DNA of 62,784 bases, counting the filler, from a bacterium (GTDB lineage: Bacteria > UBP15 > UBA6099 > JAJRTR01), in assembly GCA_024278215.1 (NCBI GenBank). It is 5 parts of 5 records of this genome, joined end to end, with 100 filler letters (N's around TTAATTAATTAA, not from the genome) between each part and the next. Parts side by side here need not be neighbours in the genome. Positions count along the whole stretch, not along the records: positions 27,626 to 42,324 come from JAJRTR010000169.1; 4 more parts are not named here. One strand, 5' to 3'. Every line of letters starts with the position of its first letter. Position 1 is the first letter of the stretch. A program made the translations under genes and the position numbers. Shown here in pieces: positions 29,369 to 39,700 of the stretch. The notes under the pieces were generated by a model that searched no databases, had not been told where the DNA came from, and saw nothing but the letters and a program-made list of their open reading frames with translations.

Positions 29369-29783
29369 TCTTTCAAGTTCGCTAAATACTGCGCGATCTC
29401 TGCTTCCCTTTACCTGTGTCTTAGAAATATGCGGGTTATATCCGTTTCTTCCACCAAATTATTTTCTTGCGTCTTTTCATCGTTGACACGAAACTTGTGT
29501 TATTATCACACAGCGCTAATGTTGCTTTTTGTATTTGTATATACTAATCCGAACTTGCCCGGAATGCAATATCCGGGCTGTTAACTCCGGCACTGCTGTG
29601 TAAATATTAACTGCCGCCATTGCGTTAAAACCGCAGTCATGAAATAATATCATAAGCCGATAGCAAGCGGCTCTCATAAAAGAAATCACTGAAATCAACA
29701 TAGTCGGGATATCTGCGAGATAGTTTATTACAGAAGATTTGCAACACTATTAGTCAATAATAGATGGCAAGGTGACGTGAAAA

Positions 29784-32700
29784 ATGAAGACATTTTTTAA
29801 ACTACCGAAAAAAGCGGAACAGAGGAACCCCATAATAGGCGTGATGATAGGTTTTGTTGTCGCGCTGTCGATAGGGTTGTGTTATCACGAGAAGGCCGCC
29901 GACATACCTGTTGCAGGTTGGGTATTTAATTTCCTCAACAGCCTTGAGTACAAGACATATGATTTGAGATTCAGGATCAGGGGCGCTTTGCCGGAGCAGG
30001 CTATCAGCAAAGACATTGTACTGCTTGATTATGACGATGAGACAGAGGAGTGGGCGCCTTTTCCGCCTGACAGGACGTATTACGCTGAAATAATCAAAGC
30101 GCTCGCCGACGAAGACTCGCGAACAAAGGCAACATTTTTCGACATATTTTTCTTCGATCCGTTCGGCCAGCAGGTCAATGAGGAAATGGCGGAGGTCTTC
30201 TATAAAAAATTTACGGAACTTCCGTCGCAGATCGAGAAGGACTCCGAGGTCACAGGAAGATTCAAGCAGGACATGTACGATGTTTACGAGATACTGTCCG
30301 GCGATAAGCCGGGCGGAGTGTCGCTTGCCAGGAAGAAGTTACAGGAAATCATCGACGACAAAGAGATCAAGGAAATGATCTCGTATTTCAACAATACCGC
30401 CGCATTTTTTCAGGAGCAGTCCGATATGTCGGAACTTGCGCCCAACCGAGACATCGTCCTGAACGACGCTATCACAAAAGCTCGAAATGTTTATCTCGCG
30501 CAGATCGTCAACAACGCTGAAAAGACTCCCATAAGCGTAGCAGACATTCTTTTCGATCCCCTGCTCCACAAGTCTTTCTCGAAACTGATAAAAATGCAGG
30601 ACCGCACGAAGACTGAAAACAGGAAAGAAGTCGAGACCAATTATGCGCTGCGGAACATGACCGAGGCGGACTTCAGGTATCTGCTCGAGGAGAGTGACAA
30701 GCCGGACATCGACGGTCGGAAACCTCTGCCGTTCACTGACGAGGTCAAGTCGGCCATTGTCGCCGAGATGGCAAAAGTAAAAAAAGATGTGGACAATGCG
30801 ATGGTGATAAACGACCATTTCGCCGTCTATATCACACCTCCCGATGTCGAGGACGTGCTCCAGAATCCGGTAATAAACGACCTGTTTAAAAAGCTCCTTA
30901 TGATGAAAGACCGCACGAAGACCCGGCGCAGAACCGAAGTTCTTGTCAACTATGCTCTCAATACTTTTACACCTGCTGATTTCGATAAAATTCTCGAAAA
31001 GGGAAAGGTCGAGTGCAAAGCGCTGGGAAAACAAACTTGTGAGAACAACATGCGCGGCGACTGTCAGGAGACTGTTCTTGGGGAATGTGCGGACCCGACA
31101 TCCGACGAGTGCAACAGGATGATCAAGGAAAAATGTGACGCGGCTGTTGACGAAGAGTGCGCGGATAAGACGACATCGGAATATCTTGATATCGCCCGGC
31201 AGGCCTGCGGTGTGCCTGCTGAAAATGAGGGAGTTACAGATGGAGACTGCGGCGGCGAGTGCTATAATTCGTGCGCCTCGGATTGCAGCGCGGTATGCGA
31301 GAGCAAGAGTACGGAAATCTGTAAAGATATTGCCGAGAATAAACGTAAAGAATGTATAGAAACATATTCGCAGGAATGTGAAAGACCGTGCAACAGAAGA
31401 TGCAAAATCGCTTTCACCTTCGACGAATATAACGCAGTGCAGGCCGAAAAAGATATGCTGGAGAAGGAAGGCGAAAGAAAAATATCGCCGGAGCTCGCCA
31501 GGGCCATCGACATAGGAAACGTAATGCCTGTGCCGGCGGAAAAACTGCTTGACAAATACCGGAAACTGATAAATATGCAGTCGCCGGCAACTTTTATTGC
31601 AAAAGGTACTGCGGGTCCGGGATATGTTAAACCTGAATTCCAGAAATACGATGGCACTATTCGTACTGCTGCGCCTGCTTCGGGGTTCAGGGGCAAACTC
31701 TTCCTTCACATCGACATGTTGCTCGCCATGCGCTATTTCGGTATCGGCCCCGACGACCTGATGTTCTATCCCAACAAGATCATCATGAACAATTGCCGCC
31801 GACCCGGCAGCGATGATACTTTTTCTGTCACGATTCCTCTGTACAGGCGTGGCACAGTCCTTGTCAACTGGGCCGGTACTTACTATGAACCGAATCAATA
31901 TGATCACCGCAGTTTCAGGAAGATATATGAGAATGCCGTTAAGTACAACATAATCAGAAAGACTGAGCGTGGCGAAGAGTTGACCACACTTGAAAAACAG
32001 AGAATGGCGGGAATCAAAAAAGAAGAAATTGCGAAGATAAAAAAAGAAATCGAGTTTTTTAAAGGAAAAATAAGCATGACGGGGCTTACCGCTGTCGGCA
32101 CTCACGACCTCAACCCCGTTCCGTTCCATCCGAGATACCCCCTTGTCGGTATGCACGCTAATTTCGTCAATATGGTGATCACACAGAACTTCATCCACAC
32201 CGCGCCGTTCATTCTGTTTATATTCGTCATTGTATTTCTGGGCGTTTTCGCAGGATATATAGGCGGTTCGAGGGAACAATTGTCCGGCGCTTTGATAACC
32301 GGTGGTTCGAGTCTTGGGTTCGCCGTTATTTCGATTCTGGTTTTCAACTATGCAAATATGTGGATGCCGGTCGTCCCGGTTTTTGTGGCTCTTATCGCCA
32401 TATACCTGCTGGTTGTTCTATACCGGTTCATGACTGAAGGGCAGGAAGCGAAACGAATGAAGAGCATGTTCGGCACTTATGTTAATCCCGAGGTTGTTGA
32501 TGTTCTTATCGAGAATCCTGAAATGCTGCAACTCGGCGGAAAGAGAATGGACCTCTCATGCACGTTCATCATGGCGTCCGGCCCCGGCCTCCAGACCGAG
32601 GACGCCGAGATTCTGGTCGACCGTCTCAACGAATTTTTTACCGAAATGACCGATGCGATTTTTGAGTATGACGGCACACTCGACAAGTACGAAGGACACA

Positions 32701-33329
32701 TCATCATGGCGGTTTACGGGGCACCTGTCCATTATGACGACCATCCGCAAAAGATATGTATGTCGTGCGCCGCGATGAAAAAGAAGATGAGCGCTTTGCG
32801 CGTGAAATGGAAAGAAGAAGGCAAGGAAACGATTAACATAACAGCAGGGGTAAACACGGGACCGATGATCGCCGGAAACATGGGGTCCGCTTCGAGATTC
32901 AATTACACGATCATGGGTGACTCGGTCAACCTCTCCGCGCGTATCCTCGGTGCAAGCATACAGTACGGCATCGAGTTTATGATCAGCGAATATACTTATG
33001 AACGCGCCAGGGATGCTATTGTCGGCAGGCTCGTGGACGACATTGTTGTTGTCGGTAAGGAAGAGCCTGTAAAGGTCTATGAGATCATCGCTATGGCTGG
33101 CGAAGAGCTCGAGCCAGGAATGCGGGAATTCATCGACGCCTACGAAAACGGCTTCAATCTTTATACAGAACGAAAATGGGACGAAGCCGTTGCGTCGTTC
33201 GAGAAGGCGCTCGAACACAGAGACGACAAACCGACAAAGATGCTTATAGAAAGGTGTGAAAAATATAAAGAGGAACCGCCGGAGGATGGTTGGAAGGGCG
33301 AGTTCGTGCTTACGTCGAAGGGACTGTAA
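29784..33329 (+). CDS. CHASE2-type membrane class III nucleotide cyclase, subunit A (C2-like; both metal-binding Asp lost), with Cys-rich insertion and C-terminal TPR-like region
   Basis: LEYKTYDLRFRIRG, DIFFFDP, LVNWAG, DLNPVP...GMHAN, 3 TMs, MFGTYVNPEVV, DKYEGH, GVNTG..AGNMGS..RFNYTIMGDSVNLSARI. Confidence 0.92.
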   Translation: MKTFFKLPKKAEQRNPIIGVMIGFVVALSIGLCYHEKAADIPVAGWVFNFLNSLEYKTYDLRFRIRGALPEQAISKDIVLLDYDDETEEWAPFPPDRTYYAEIIKALADEDSRTKATFFDIFFFDPFGQQVNEEMAEVFYKKFTELPSQIEKDSEVTGRFKQDMYDVYEILSGDKPGGVSLARKKLQEIIDDKEIKEMISYFNNTAAFFQEQSDMSELAPNRDIVLNDAITKARNVYLAQIVNNAEKTPISVADILFDPLLHKSFSKLIKMQDRTKTENRKEVETNYALRNMTEADFRYLLEESDKPDIDGRKPLPFTDEVKSAIVAEMAKVKKDVDNAMVINDHFAVYITPPDVEDVLQNPVINDLFKKLLMMKDRTKTRRRTEVLVNYALNTFTPADFDKILEKGKVECKALGKQTCENNMRGDCQETVLGECADPTSDECNRMIKEKCDAAVDEECADKTTSEYLDIARQACGVPAENEGVTDGDCGGECYNSCASDCSAVCESKSTEICKDIAENKRKECIETYSQECERPCNRRCKIAFTFDEYNAVQAEKDMLEKEGERKISPELARAIDIGNVMPVPAEKLLDKYRKLINMQSPATFIAKGTAGPGYVKPEFQKYDGTIRTAAPASGFRGKLFLHIDMLLAMRYFGIGPDDLMFYPNKIIMNNCRRPGSDDTFSVTIPLYRRGTVLVNWAGTYYEPNQYDHRSFRKIYENAVKYNIIRKTERGEELTTLEKQRMAGIKKEEIAKIKKEIEFFKGKISMTGLTAVGTHDLNPVPFHPRYPLVGMHANFVNMVITQNFIHTAPFILFIFVIVFLGVFAGYIGGSREQLSGALITGGSSLGFAVISILVFNYANMWMPVVPVFVALIAIYLLVVLYRFMTEGQEAKRMKSMFGTYVNPEVVDVLIENPEMLQLGGKRMDLSCTFIMASGPGLQTEDAEILVDRLNEFFTEMTDAIFEYDGTLDKYEGHIIMAVYGAPVHYDDHPQKICMSCAAMKKKMSALRVKWKEEGKETINITAGVNTGPMIAGNMGSASRFNYTIMGDSVNLSARILGASIQYGIEFMISEYTYERARDAIVGRLVDDIVVVGKEEPVKVYEIIAMAGEELEPGMREFIDAYENGFNLYTERKWDEAVASFEKALEHRDDKPTKMLIERCEKYKEEPPEDGWKGEFVLTSKGL

Positions 33330-33472
33330 CCTGCATTGCATAATATGGAAATGTGTGATTTATATGGTAGTAGATAATAGTAGCTTACAGGTATATTAAT
33401 AGCTATAAATGAAAAGATAAATAATCTCATGATAAGTATTGACGGGCAAGTTGATTCTTTTGGAGGAAACAG

Positions 33473-36361
33473 ATGAAGTTACCGTTCAAACTTCCGCATA
33501 AAATCGAGGAACGCAACAGACTGGTAGGATTCATGATAGGTATGGGGATGGCTGTTGTCTTCAGCATTCTATACATTGCAGGCCCGCTGAAGGTTTTCAC
33601 AGACTGGGACCTCGACGCAAAGTTCAATATTCGAAACAACTGGCTCAACAGCATTCACGATGCTGAAAAGAAGTTTGAAATATTACCTGTCAATGAAGAC
33701 ATGGTGTTCATCGAAATCGACGACTCGACCCTCGACTGGGAGGGCACTTTCCCGGACGATCCGGTTTATTATATCGACTTGATAGACAAGATGGGACGGG
33801 AGCAATTCAATGCGCTCGCAATGATGTTCAGCATTGATTACTCTCACGAATTCGGGCGAAAAGTCGACCCGGACAACAGTATGTATTTTCAGGATGTTTT
33901 TGGGAAGATTGCATGGATGCTGGGCTACAATGCAAGCAAGAAAAGCGACATGGTCGACCAACTGAGTTATTTGCGTGAATTCCTTGACGACCCGGGCGCC
34001 GGCGCGTCGAAATCTGAAATCGCGGCGAGAATCGAAGAGCTCGTGTTCAGTGATACATTCCAGGAAATAGATTCCTACATGAACATGGTAAGTGCGTTTT
34101 CACAGCAGAATGCCGAGTTGAACGAACTGGCGCCCGACAGAGAAAAGATGCTGGCGAATCACATGGAAGGTGCCGGAAATGTTTTTTTTATGTATAAGTC
34201 GGAAAATATGGCCGTTGTCCCTTACGATGTCGATGACCTGAGAAACAACGCCGGCATCAGGGAGATGCTTCTGAATGTGCTCAGACGCCCAACCCTCAAC
34301 AGACCGGAAAATGAAAAACTCGCGCAGGTTTATGAGGCATATTTCAACCTTCTGCCGGACGAACTCAAGTTGCTGATAGAAGAAAAAAACAATCCTTTCC
34401 CGAAAGATGTAATTGAAAGATTGAAAAGTGATTACAAGAAAAGGCAGGCTGAACTCGAAGAGTTCCGGCTGCAAAACAAATATGTCGAGGTAGATATTCC
34501 ACCGGGGGTCGAAGATAATTATCTGCACCTCCGAAAAGCTGTGCCTGTTAATCCCACAATAGGAAGAAAAACAGTAGGGCAGGGCATGTTTAAAGCTGAG
34601 ATTTCATCAGACGGAAAACTCCGCAGAATAGCGCCGGTGGCGATATATGCAGGTAAGATGTATCCACATGTCGACTTCCTGCTGGCCCTTCAGTATCTCA
34701 ATGTTCCTCTCTCGAATATAACATTTGAAAAACGACGGATCATTCTCAAAGATGCCGTTAATCCTCGCACCGGCGAAAAGAAGGACATCGTGATCCCACT
34801 GCTCGAGGACGGCACCATGATTGTAAACTGGGCCGGGCTCTGGGCCGACACCTCGATCCCTTTCGGACATAAAAGCCTGAAAAATATATATATGAATATC
34901 GGCAGACTCAACAACTACAAAGCTCACCAGGACATATTGAGTTTGCCGAAAGAAGAAAGAGAAGCAAAACTCGCCGAGCTGCCCGCAGAAGTTATCGAGC
35001 TAAGGGAATCCATCACCGCCGATGAGGCTCAGACAAGGAAAGCGGAACTCGAGAACCTGACCGGTAAGATATTGATAGTCGGCCGCACCGCTGTCGGCAC
35101 TGAAGACCTGAACCCGACACCGCTCGAACCCAGGTATCCGCTGCTCGGTCTTCACGCGAACGTCATAAACACTATTGTCCAGGACATATTCATAAAATAT
35201 GTAAAGTGGTATGTAGTGATTGTTATTTTCTTTGTTTTGTCTCTGTCGGTCGGCATGGTCGGTGGCGTTGTGCAGAATAAATCGACCGTCGTCACAGGTC
35301 TCATCAACTTCCTTTTCATGGGATTTGTGATCTCTGTTTACGGTGCGTTTGCCTTCTACATGTTTGTTTTTCGTTATACGAGCCTGCCTATTCTCGCGGC
35401 TGTTCTGCTGGTCGTGCTAACCTTTCTCCTTGTCTTCATATACAGGTTTGTGACCGAAGAGCAGGAGAAGAAAAAGATGAAAAACATGTTCGGCACTTAT
35501 GTCAACAAGGAAGTTGTCGAATCTCTTATCGAAGACCCGGACAAATTGAAACTCGGCGGCGAGTGGATGGAATGTACAGTGTTTTTCTCCGACGTAGCGG
35601 GTTTCACGTCGATATCCGAAAGCATGCCGCCTGAAGACCTTGACGAACTTCTTAACGAATACCTCACGGCAATGACCGACATAATTTTCGAATATGGCGG
35701 AACGCTTGACAAGTATATCGGCGATGCCGTAGTCGCAATATTCGGCGCTCCGATACCGTTCCCCGAGAACGATCACGCCATCCGCGCATGTCTTGCCACA
35801 ATCGACATGCAGGAAAAACTCGAGCAAATGCGCCAGGTCTGGCGCGAACAGGGCAAAACGGAACTTACCGCGCGCTGCGGCGTCAACACAGGTATGATGA
35901 TCGCCGGGAACATGGGGTCGGTAAAGCGTTTCAATTACACCGTTGTCGGCGAGAATGTCGAATATGGCGAACACCTCGAGAGCGGCGGCAAGAAATGGGG
36001 CACGGTGATGACCATAAGCGAACCCACTTACAATTATGCGAAAGATGTCATTCATACGCGGTTGCTTGATGTCGACTGGCTCGAGAGCAAACCTGTTCGC
36101 ATCCTTGAAATAATGGGTAGAAAAGAAGAACCCCTTGCCGACAATATTAAAAAGGGAATTGCGGTATATGAAGAAGGTGTTCAACTTTATTTCGCTCGTG
36201 AATTCGACAAAGCAATAGCAAAATTCAAAGAAGTTTTTGAACATATCCCTGAAGACCTGCCTTCCCAAAGAGCTATAGGCAGATGCGAAGACGCAAAAGA
36301 GAATCCCCCTGATGAAGAATTCGACAAACGCGCCGCACACATCGGCGCAATTAAGGTCTGA
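33473..36361 (+). CDS. CHASE2-type membrane class III nucleotide cyclase, subunit B (C1-like; catalytic Asn and Arg lost)
   Basis: Paralogue of the upstream gene: VFIEIDD, IVNWAG, DLNPTP..YPLLGLHAN, TVFFSDVAGFTSISE, DKYIGDAV, ARCGVNTG, NYTVVGENVEYGEHLE. Confidence 0.93.
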   Translation: MKLPFKLPHKIEERNRLVGFMIGMGMAVVFSILYIAGPLKVFTDWDLDAKFNIRNNWLNSIHDAEKKFEILPVNEDMVFIEIDDSTLDWEGTFPDDPVYYIDLIDKMGREQFNALAMMFSIDYSHEFGRKVDPDNSMYFQDVFGKIAWMLGYNASKKSDMVDQLSYLREFLDDPGAGASKSEIAARIEELVFSDTFQEIDSYMNMVSAFSQQNAELNELAPDREKMLANHMEGAGNVFFMYKSENMAVVPYDVDDLRNNAGIREMLLNVLRRPTLNRPENEKLAQVYEAYFNLLPDELKLLIEEKNNPFPKDVIERLKSDYKKRQAELEEFRLQNKYVEVDIPPGVEDNYLHLRKAVPVNPTIGRKTVGQGMFKAEISSDGKLRRIAPVAIYAGKMYPHVDFLLALQYLNVPLSNITFEKRRIILKDAVNPRTGEKKDIVIPLLEDGTMIVNWAGLWADTSIPFGHKSLKNIYMNIGRLNNYKAHQDILSLPKEEREAKLAELPAEVIELRESITADEAQTRKAELENLTGKILIVGRTAVGTEDLNPTPLEPRYPLLGLHANVINTIVQDIFIKYVKWYVVIVIFFVLSLSVGMVGGVVQNKSTVVTGLINFLFMGFVISVYGAFAFYMFVFRYTSLPILAAVLLVVLTFLLVFIYRFVTEEQEKKKMKNMFGTYVNKEVVESLIEDPDKLKLGGEWMECTVFFSDVAGFTSISESMPPEDLDELLNEYLTAMTDIIFEYGGTLDKYIGDAVVAIFGAPIPFPENDHAIRACLATIDMQEKLEQMRQVWREQGKTELTARCGVNTGMMIAGNMGSVKRFNYTVVGENVEYGEHLESGGKKWGTVMTISEPTYNYAKDVIHTRLLDVDWLESKPVRILEIMGRKEEPLADNIKKGIAVYEEGVQLYFAREFDKAIAKFKEVFEHIPEDLPSQRAIGRCEDAKENPPDEEFDKRAAHIGAIKV

Positions 36362-36710
36362 TTCGTATGTGAAAGTTCAGTATATGCCCTGGATACTGAG
36401 CGCAACGACCATTCTACAGGCTCACATCGAAAAGCGGAGCAGAAATATAATAACGGCTCTTCGCTGAATTGTATGGGTAAAGCGGCGATGAATCGCCGCA
36501 CACCAAAGCGCTTCGCGCCTCTACTATCGCATGTCGCCCAATGATAATCAGTCTTTCTGCAATGAGTCTTGATCGACTTTTGGGGATTGCACCCGGTTCA
36601 GTTAGCCCGCATTGGTGAAATATGCGGGTTAGAAGATAGCGATGGCTTTGTTGAAAAGTGATTTTTGTTACCTTAGAATTAACACAAAAGCAATTGAAGA
36701 CAGCATCGTG

Positions 36711-39700
36711 ATGAGAACAAAACATAATAGAGTGTTCAGTACAGTCGCCGCCAGGGCGCTTGCCGCATTTATTATCGTATCGGTCTGCTTTGCGTTGATC
36801 CTGTATGTTTCAGGATGTGCAGGGTTCGAGTCATGGAAAAGCGAAAGGCTGAGCGAGTTGTATCGGTCTGATGAGGCAGGTGATAAGAGCGGGGTTGTGT
36901 TTACGCTCGTCGGCGAGCATTCGGTAATCGGAGTCGGAGCGAATACTGTCCGCGAGGATCGCGAAAAGTGGAAAGCGACATTCAGCATGAGTTCGCTGGA
37001 GATGCAGCGCGGGGCCGATTTTCACCTTGACGCGAAAGTGAAGATAGTTGATAAGGAGATACTGAGACTGATCGAGAAGTCCGGGTCGGATGAATTATAT
37101 ATGCTGGCGGTGATCGCGCCGATCTACAACAGGGAAGGACATTTCAGGCAATTTACCAATATTCAGATGTCGTGTATGCTCACGCCGACCGGCATGCCGA
37201 TTGAAACATTGCAGGAAAACCTGCCTGCGAAATTTAAAAGCAATCATTACCGTACACCGTGGGAGATGGTGGACACAAGGACGCCGGCTGAAGCGATTGA
37301 TGGTGATGTGATCAGATTTTCCATAGACTCGCGTGTACCCGGCGACATCGATGACGGCCACTATCGAATAGCGATCGAGATGGGCGCGAGAATCGACGGT
37401 CGTTTGATCAAGCTTGAACTCATTCCGTATCTCGGCTCGATTCTGCTTGACGAGGAGAAGAGCAGGGATGTTTTTCTTACCGCGAATGCCACTGAAAGAA
37501 GCAGGATCAACATAAATTATTCGCCTGTGTTCACCGTCGGCGCTCCCGCGCCTCCGAGGATGCCCTGGACGCTGCTCGGGACGGTCGACACGCACGGCAC
37601 AAGGGGCATTGTCGCCCGCGAGGACAAAGCTTATTTCGCCATCAGCTATTCCGGCCTGCGCCAGGATAAGATGATTATCCCGATGAACAACCGCTACGGC
37701 GCTCCGATCACATATCGACTCGAACCCGATTTCCCAACGCAGAATAAGGAACAGGAATCATTTGAAAAAACATATTATTACAAAGGGCCTACCGTTCTTT
37801 CTCACATTCAGCTTTCACCGGTGGAACTCGATTATTCGTCAGGTGAAATGAGTGTGGTGGTCCACACGCCGTCGGGCGGAACAGATGATCTGGGCCGCGC
37901 TCCGTTCATCGGAAACACAAAAACGGGAGCGACGACCGGTGGGAATTATTTCGATTACCGTTTCAGCGAATACGGCCATTATGTGATCGAGATGAAAGGC
38001 TACATAAATGATGTGTTTGGAAGGACATATTTCGGCGGCGGCACTTATGACGTCTGGGTCGCGCTTCCGCTCAGCATGAGCACAAGCTGCAAGCCGGGTA
38101 TGCCCTACTCGGTGGGCATGAGCTATTCGCCGAGAGTGACTGTGCATCCGGGTGTGCCCGCGGACATGAGTTACGAAGTGAAGCTGTACAGGAACTCGTC
38201 GAAAGAAGACGTGAAAGTGTGGAAGCACACAGGCCGCGCGAATAATTACGGCTACTACTTTCCGCGTGAAAATTTCGAGCCGATGGTTTTCGACGCGCCG
38301 GGCGAATACCGTGCGGAAGTTACCGCGACCTATTGGGACAAAGACGGCAGGCTCTGGATGGGCGGCCAGACCAGCGCGAGCGTAGTCGCCACGCGCGACA
38401 GCGACGTGACGGTGCACGGCGATATCATGTTCTTCCAGTCGCGGCCCTTCGATGTTAATGTGCCGCTGGATTTCAGGCCGAGGTTCGAGCTCAGGGCGAG
38501 CGGACTTGCAGGCACACAGGAAATCAACGACATGACGATGACCCAGATCAGAATGGGAATGCCGTACAACAGCAACGACGTCCTGTTTTTCTCACCGGCG
38601 CTGTTGTGGAACGTCGGCGAAATGTATCCTCTATTATCTTTTTCCACAACCGACAGGTCCGTCACAGGCGAGGTGCTGAATAACTTTCCGCCGCTCGATA
38701 GGTTTCTCAATGAACATTTCGGTGAAACGATCGACGACTTGAATGATTGCTGGGGAAAGGTCTATGCGGTCGACACCTGCGATTCCATGCTGCTCGATAT
38801 GGTCGAGACTTCGCTGCACAAGGCCGCCGACAATCTCACTGTGATGTCCATGGGCGCGAACAGGTACCAGCCCCATGCCTTCCAGGAAGACCAGGAGATC
38901 GTCAGTTACTATTATTCATCTTCGATCAAGCCCGGCCTGCTGAGCCGGAATGTTGTCTCCGATTCCACCAACTCGACATCCTACTGGATAATTACGCCGA
39001 ACTTTTTCGGGCACCAGTTCGGCTCGGGCGAAAACGGCGATGTGCGTGGAGATTTGTATCACCTGATGGGCGGGGTTGTATACAGGAACTTGAAGACCGG
39101 CGTGAATAAATACGGCATATATCATTCATCGGCGCTGGTGGCAGACGGCAGGGACGAGAACAACAGGGTAGAAGCGCCCCTGAAATCGCCGCTGGTGACG
39201 GTGGGCGGGCGTGATTACTACATGTTTCCGGGCATGTCGCCGGAGCAGGGCGCTATCTACGAGACGGGAGATAAGATAGTCAGCGGCGGATTCCTCTTCC
39301 CTTCAATCTCCGCCGATTATGAGTTCAGGCTCGTGCCGCCTTCCGGCAAACCTCTGATATACAAAGGTAAATCGAACGACTTCGGATTATTCAAGCCGAT
39401 GCCCGGCTACATCGCGCGGGAACCGGGACTGTACAGGGTATACATGAAATTCTTTGCCGGGGGCAGGGAGGGCGCGACGCTCGGCAAACCCGACGGCTGG
39501 TACCACCTCTATGTTGTGGAAGAAAACTCGCCATACAAGATCACATTCGACATGCCGCTGGTCTCCGAGTTCGACCCGAAAGATGTACTCGAATTGCATG
39601 GGAGTCTGCCCGAGGGCTGGAAAGACGGGAAACTGTATTACACGGTAGTCAGCCCCGGCGTCGTCTATTCCGACGGCGAGTTGCCGATAGAAGACGGCAG

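Noticed and set aside
29369-29783. Riboswitch or CRP box in the AT-rich region upstream of the cyclases
   Set aside because: Only a short hairpin (GCCCGGA...TCCGGGC) and a mis-spaced TGTG...TCACA were seen; neither fits a consensus I can support.
30339-32279. 646-aa minus-strand ORF
   Set aside because: Antisense shadow of cyclase A with no recognisable motifs.
29784-33329. Cyclase A as a decaying pseudogene
   Set aside because: The ORF is intact over 1181 aa, and only the residues supplied by the partner subunit are lost.
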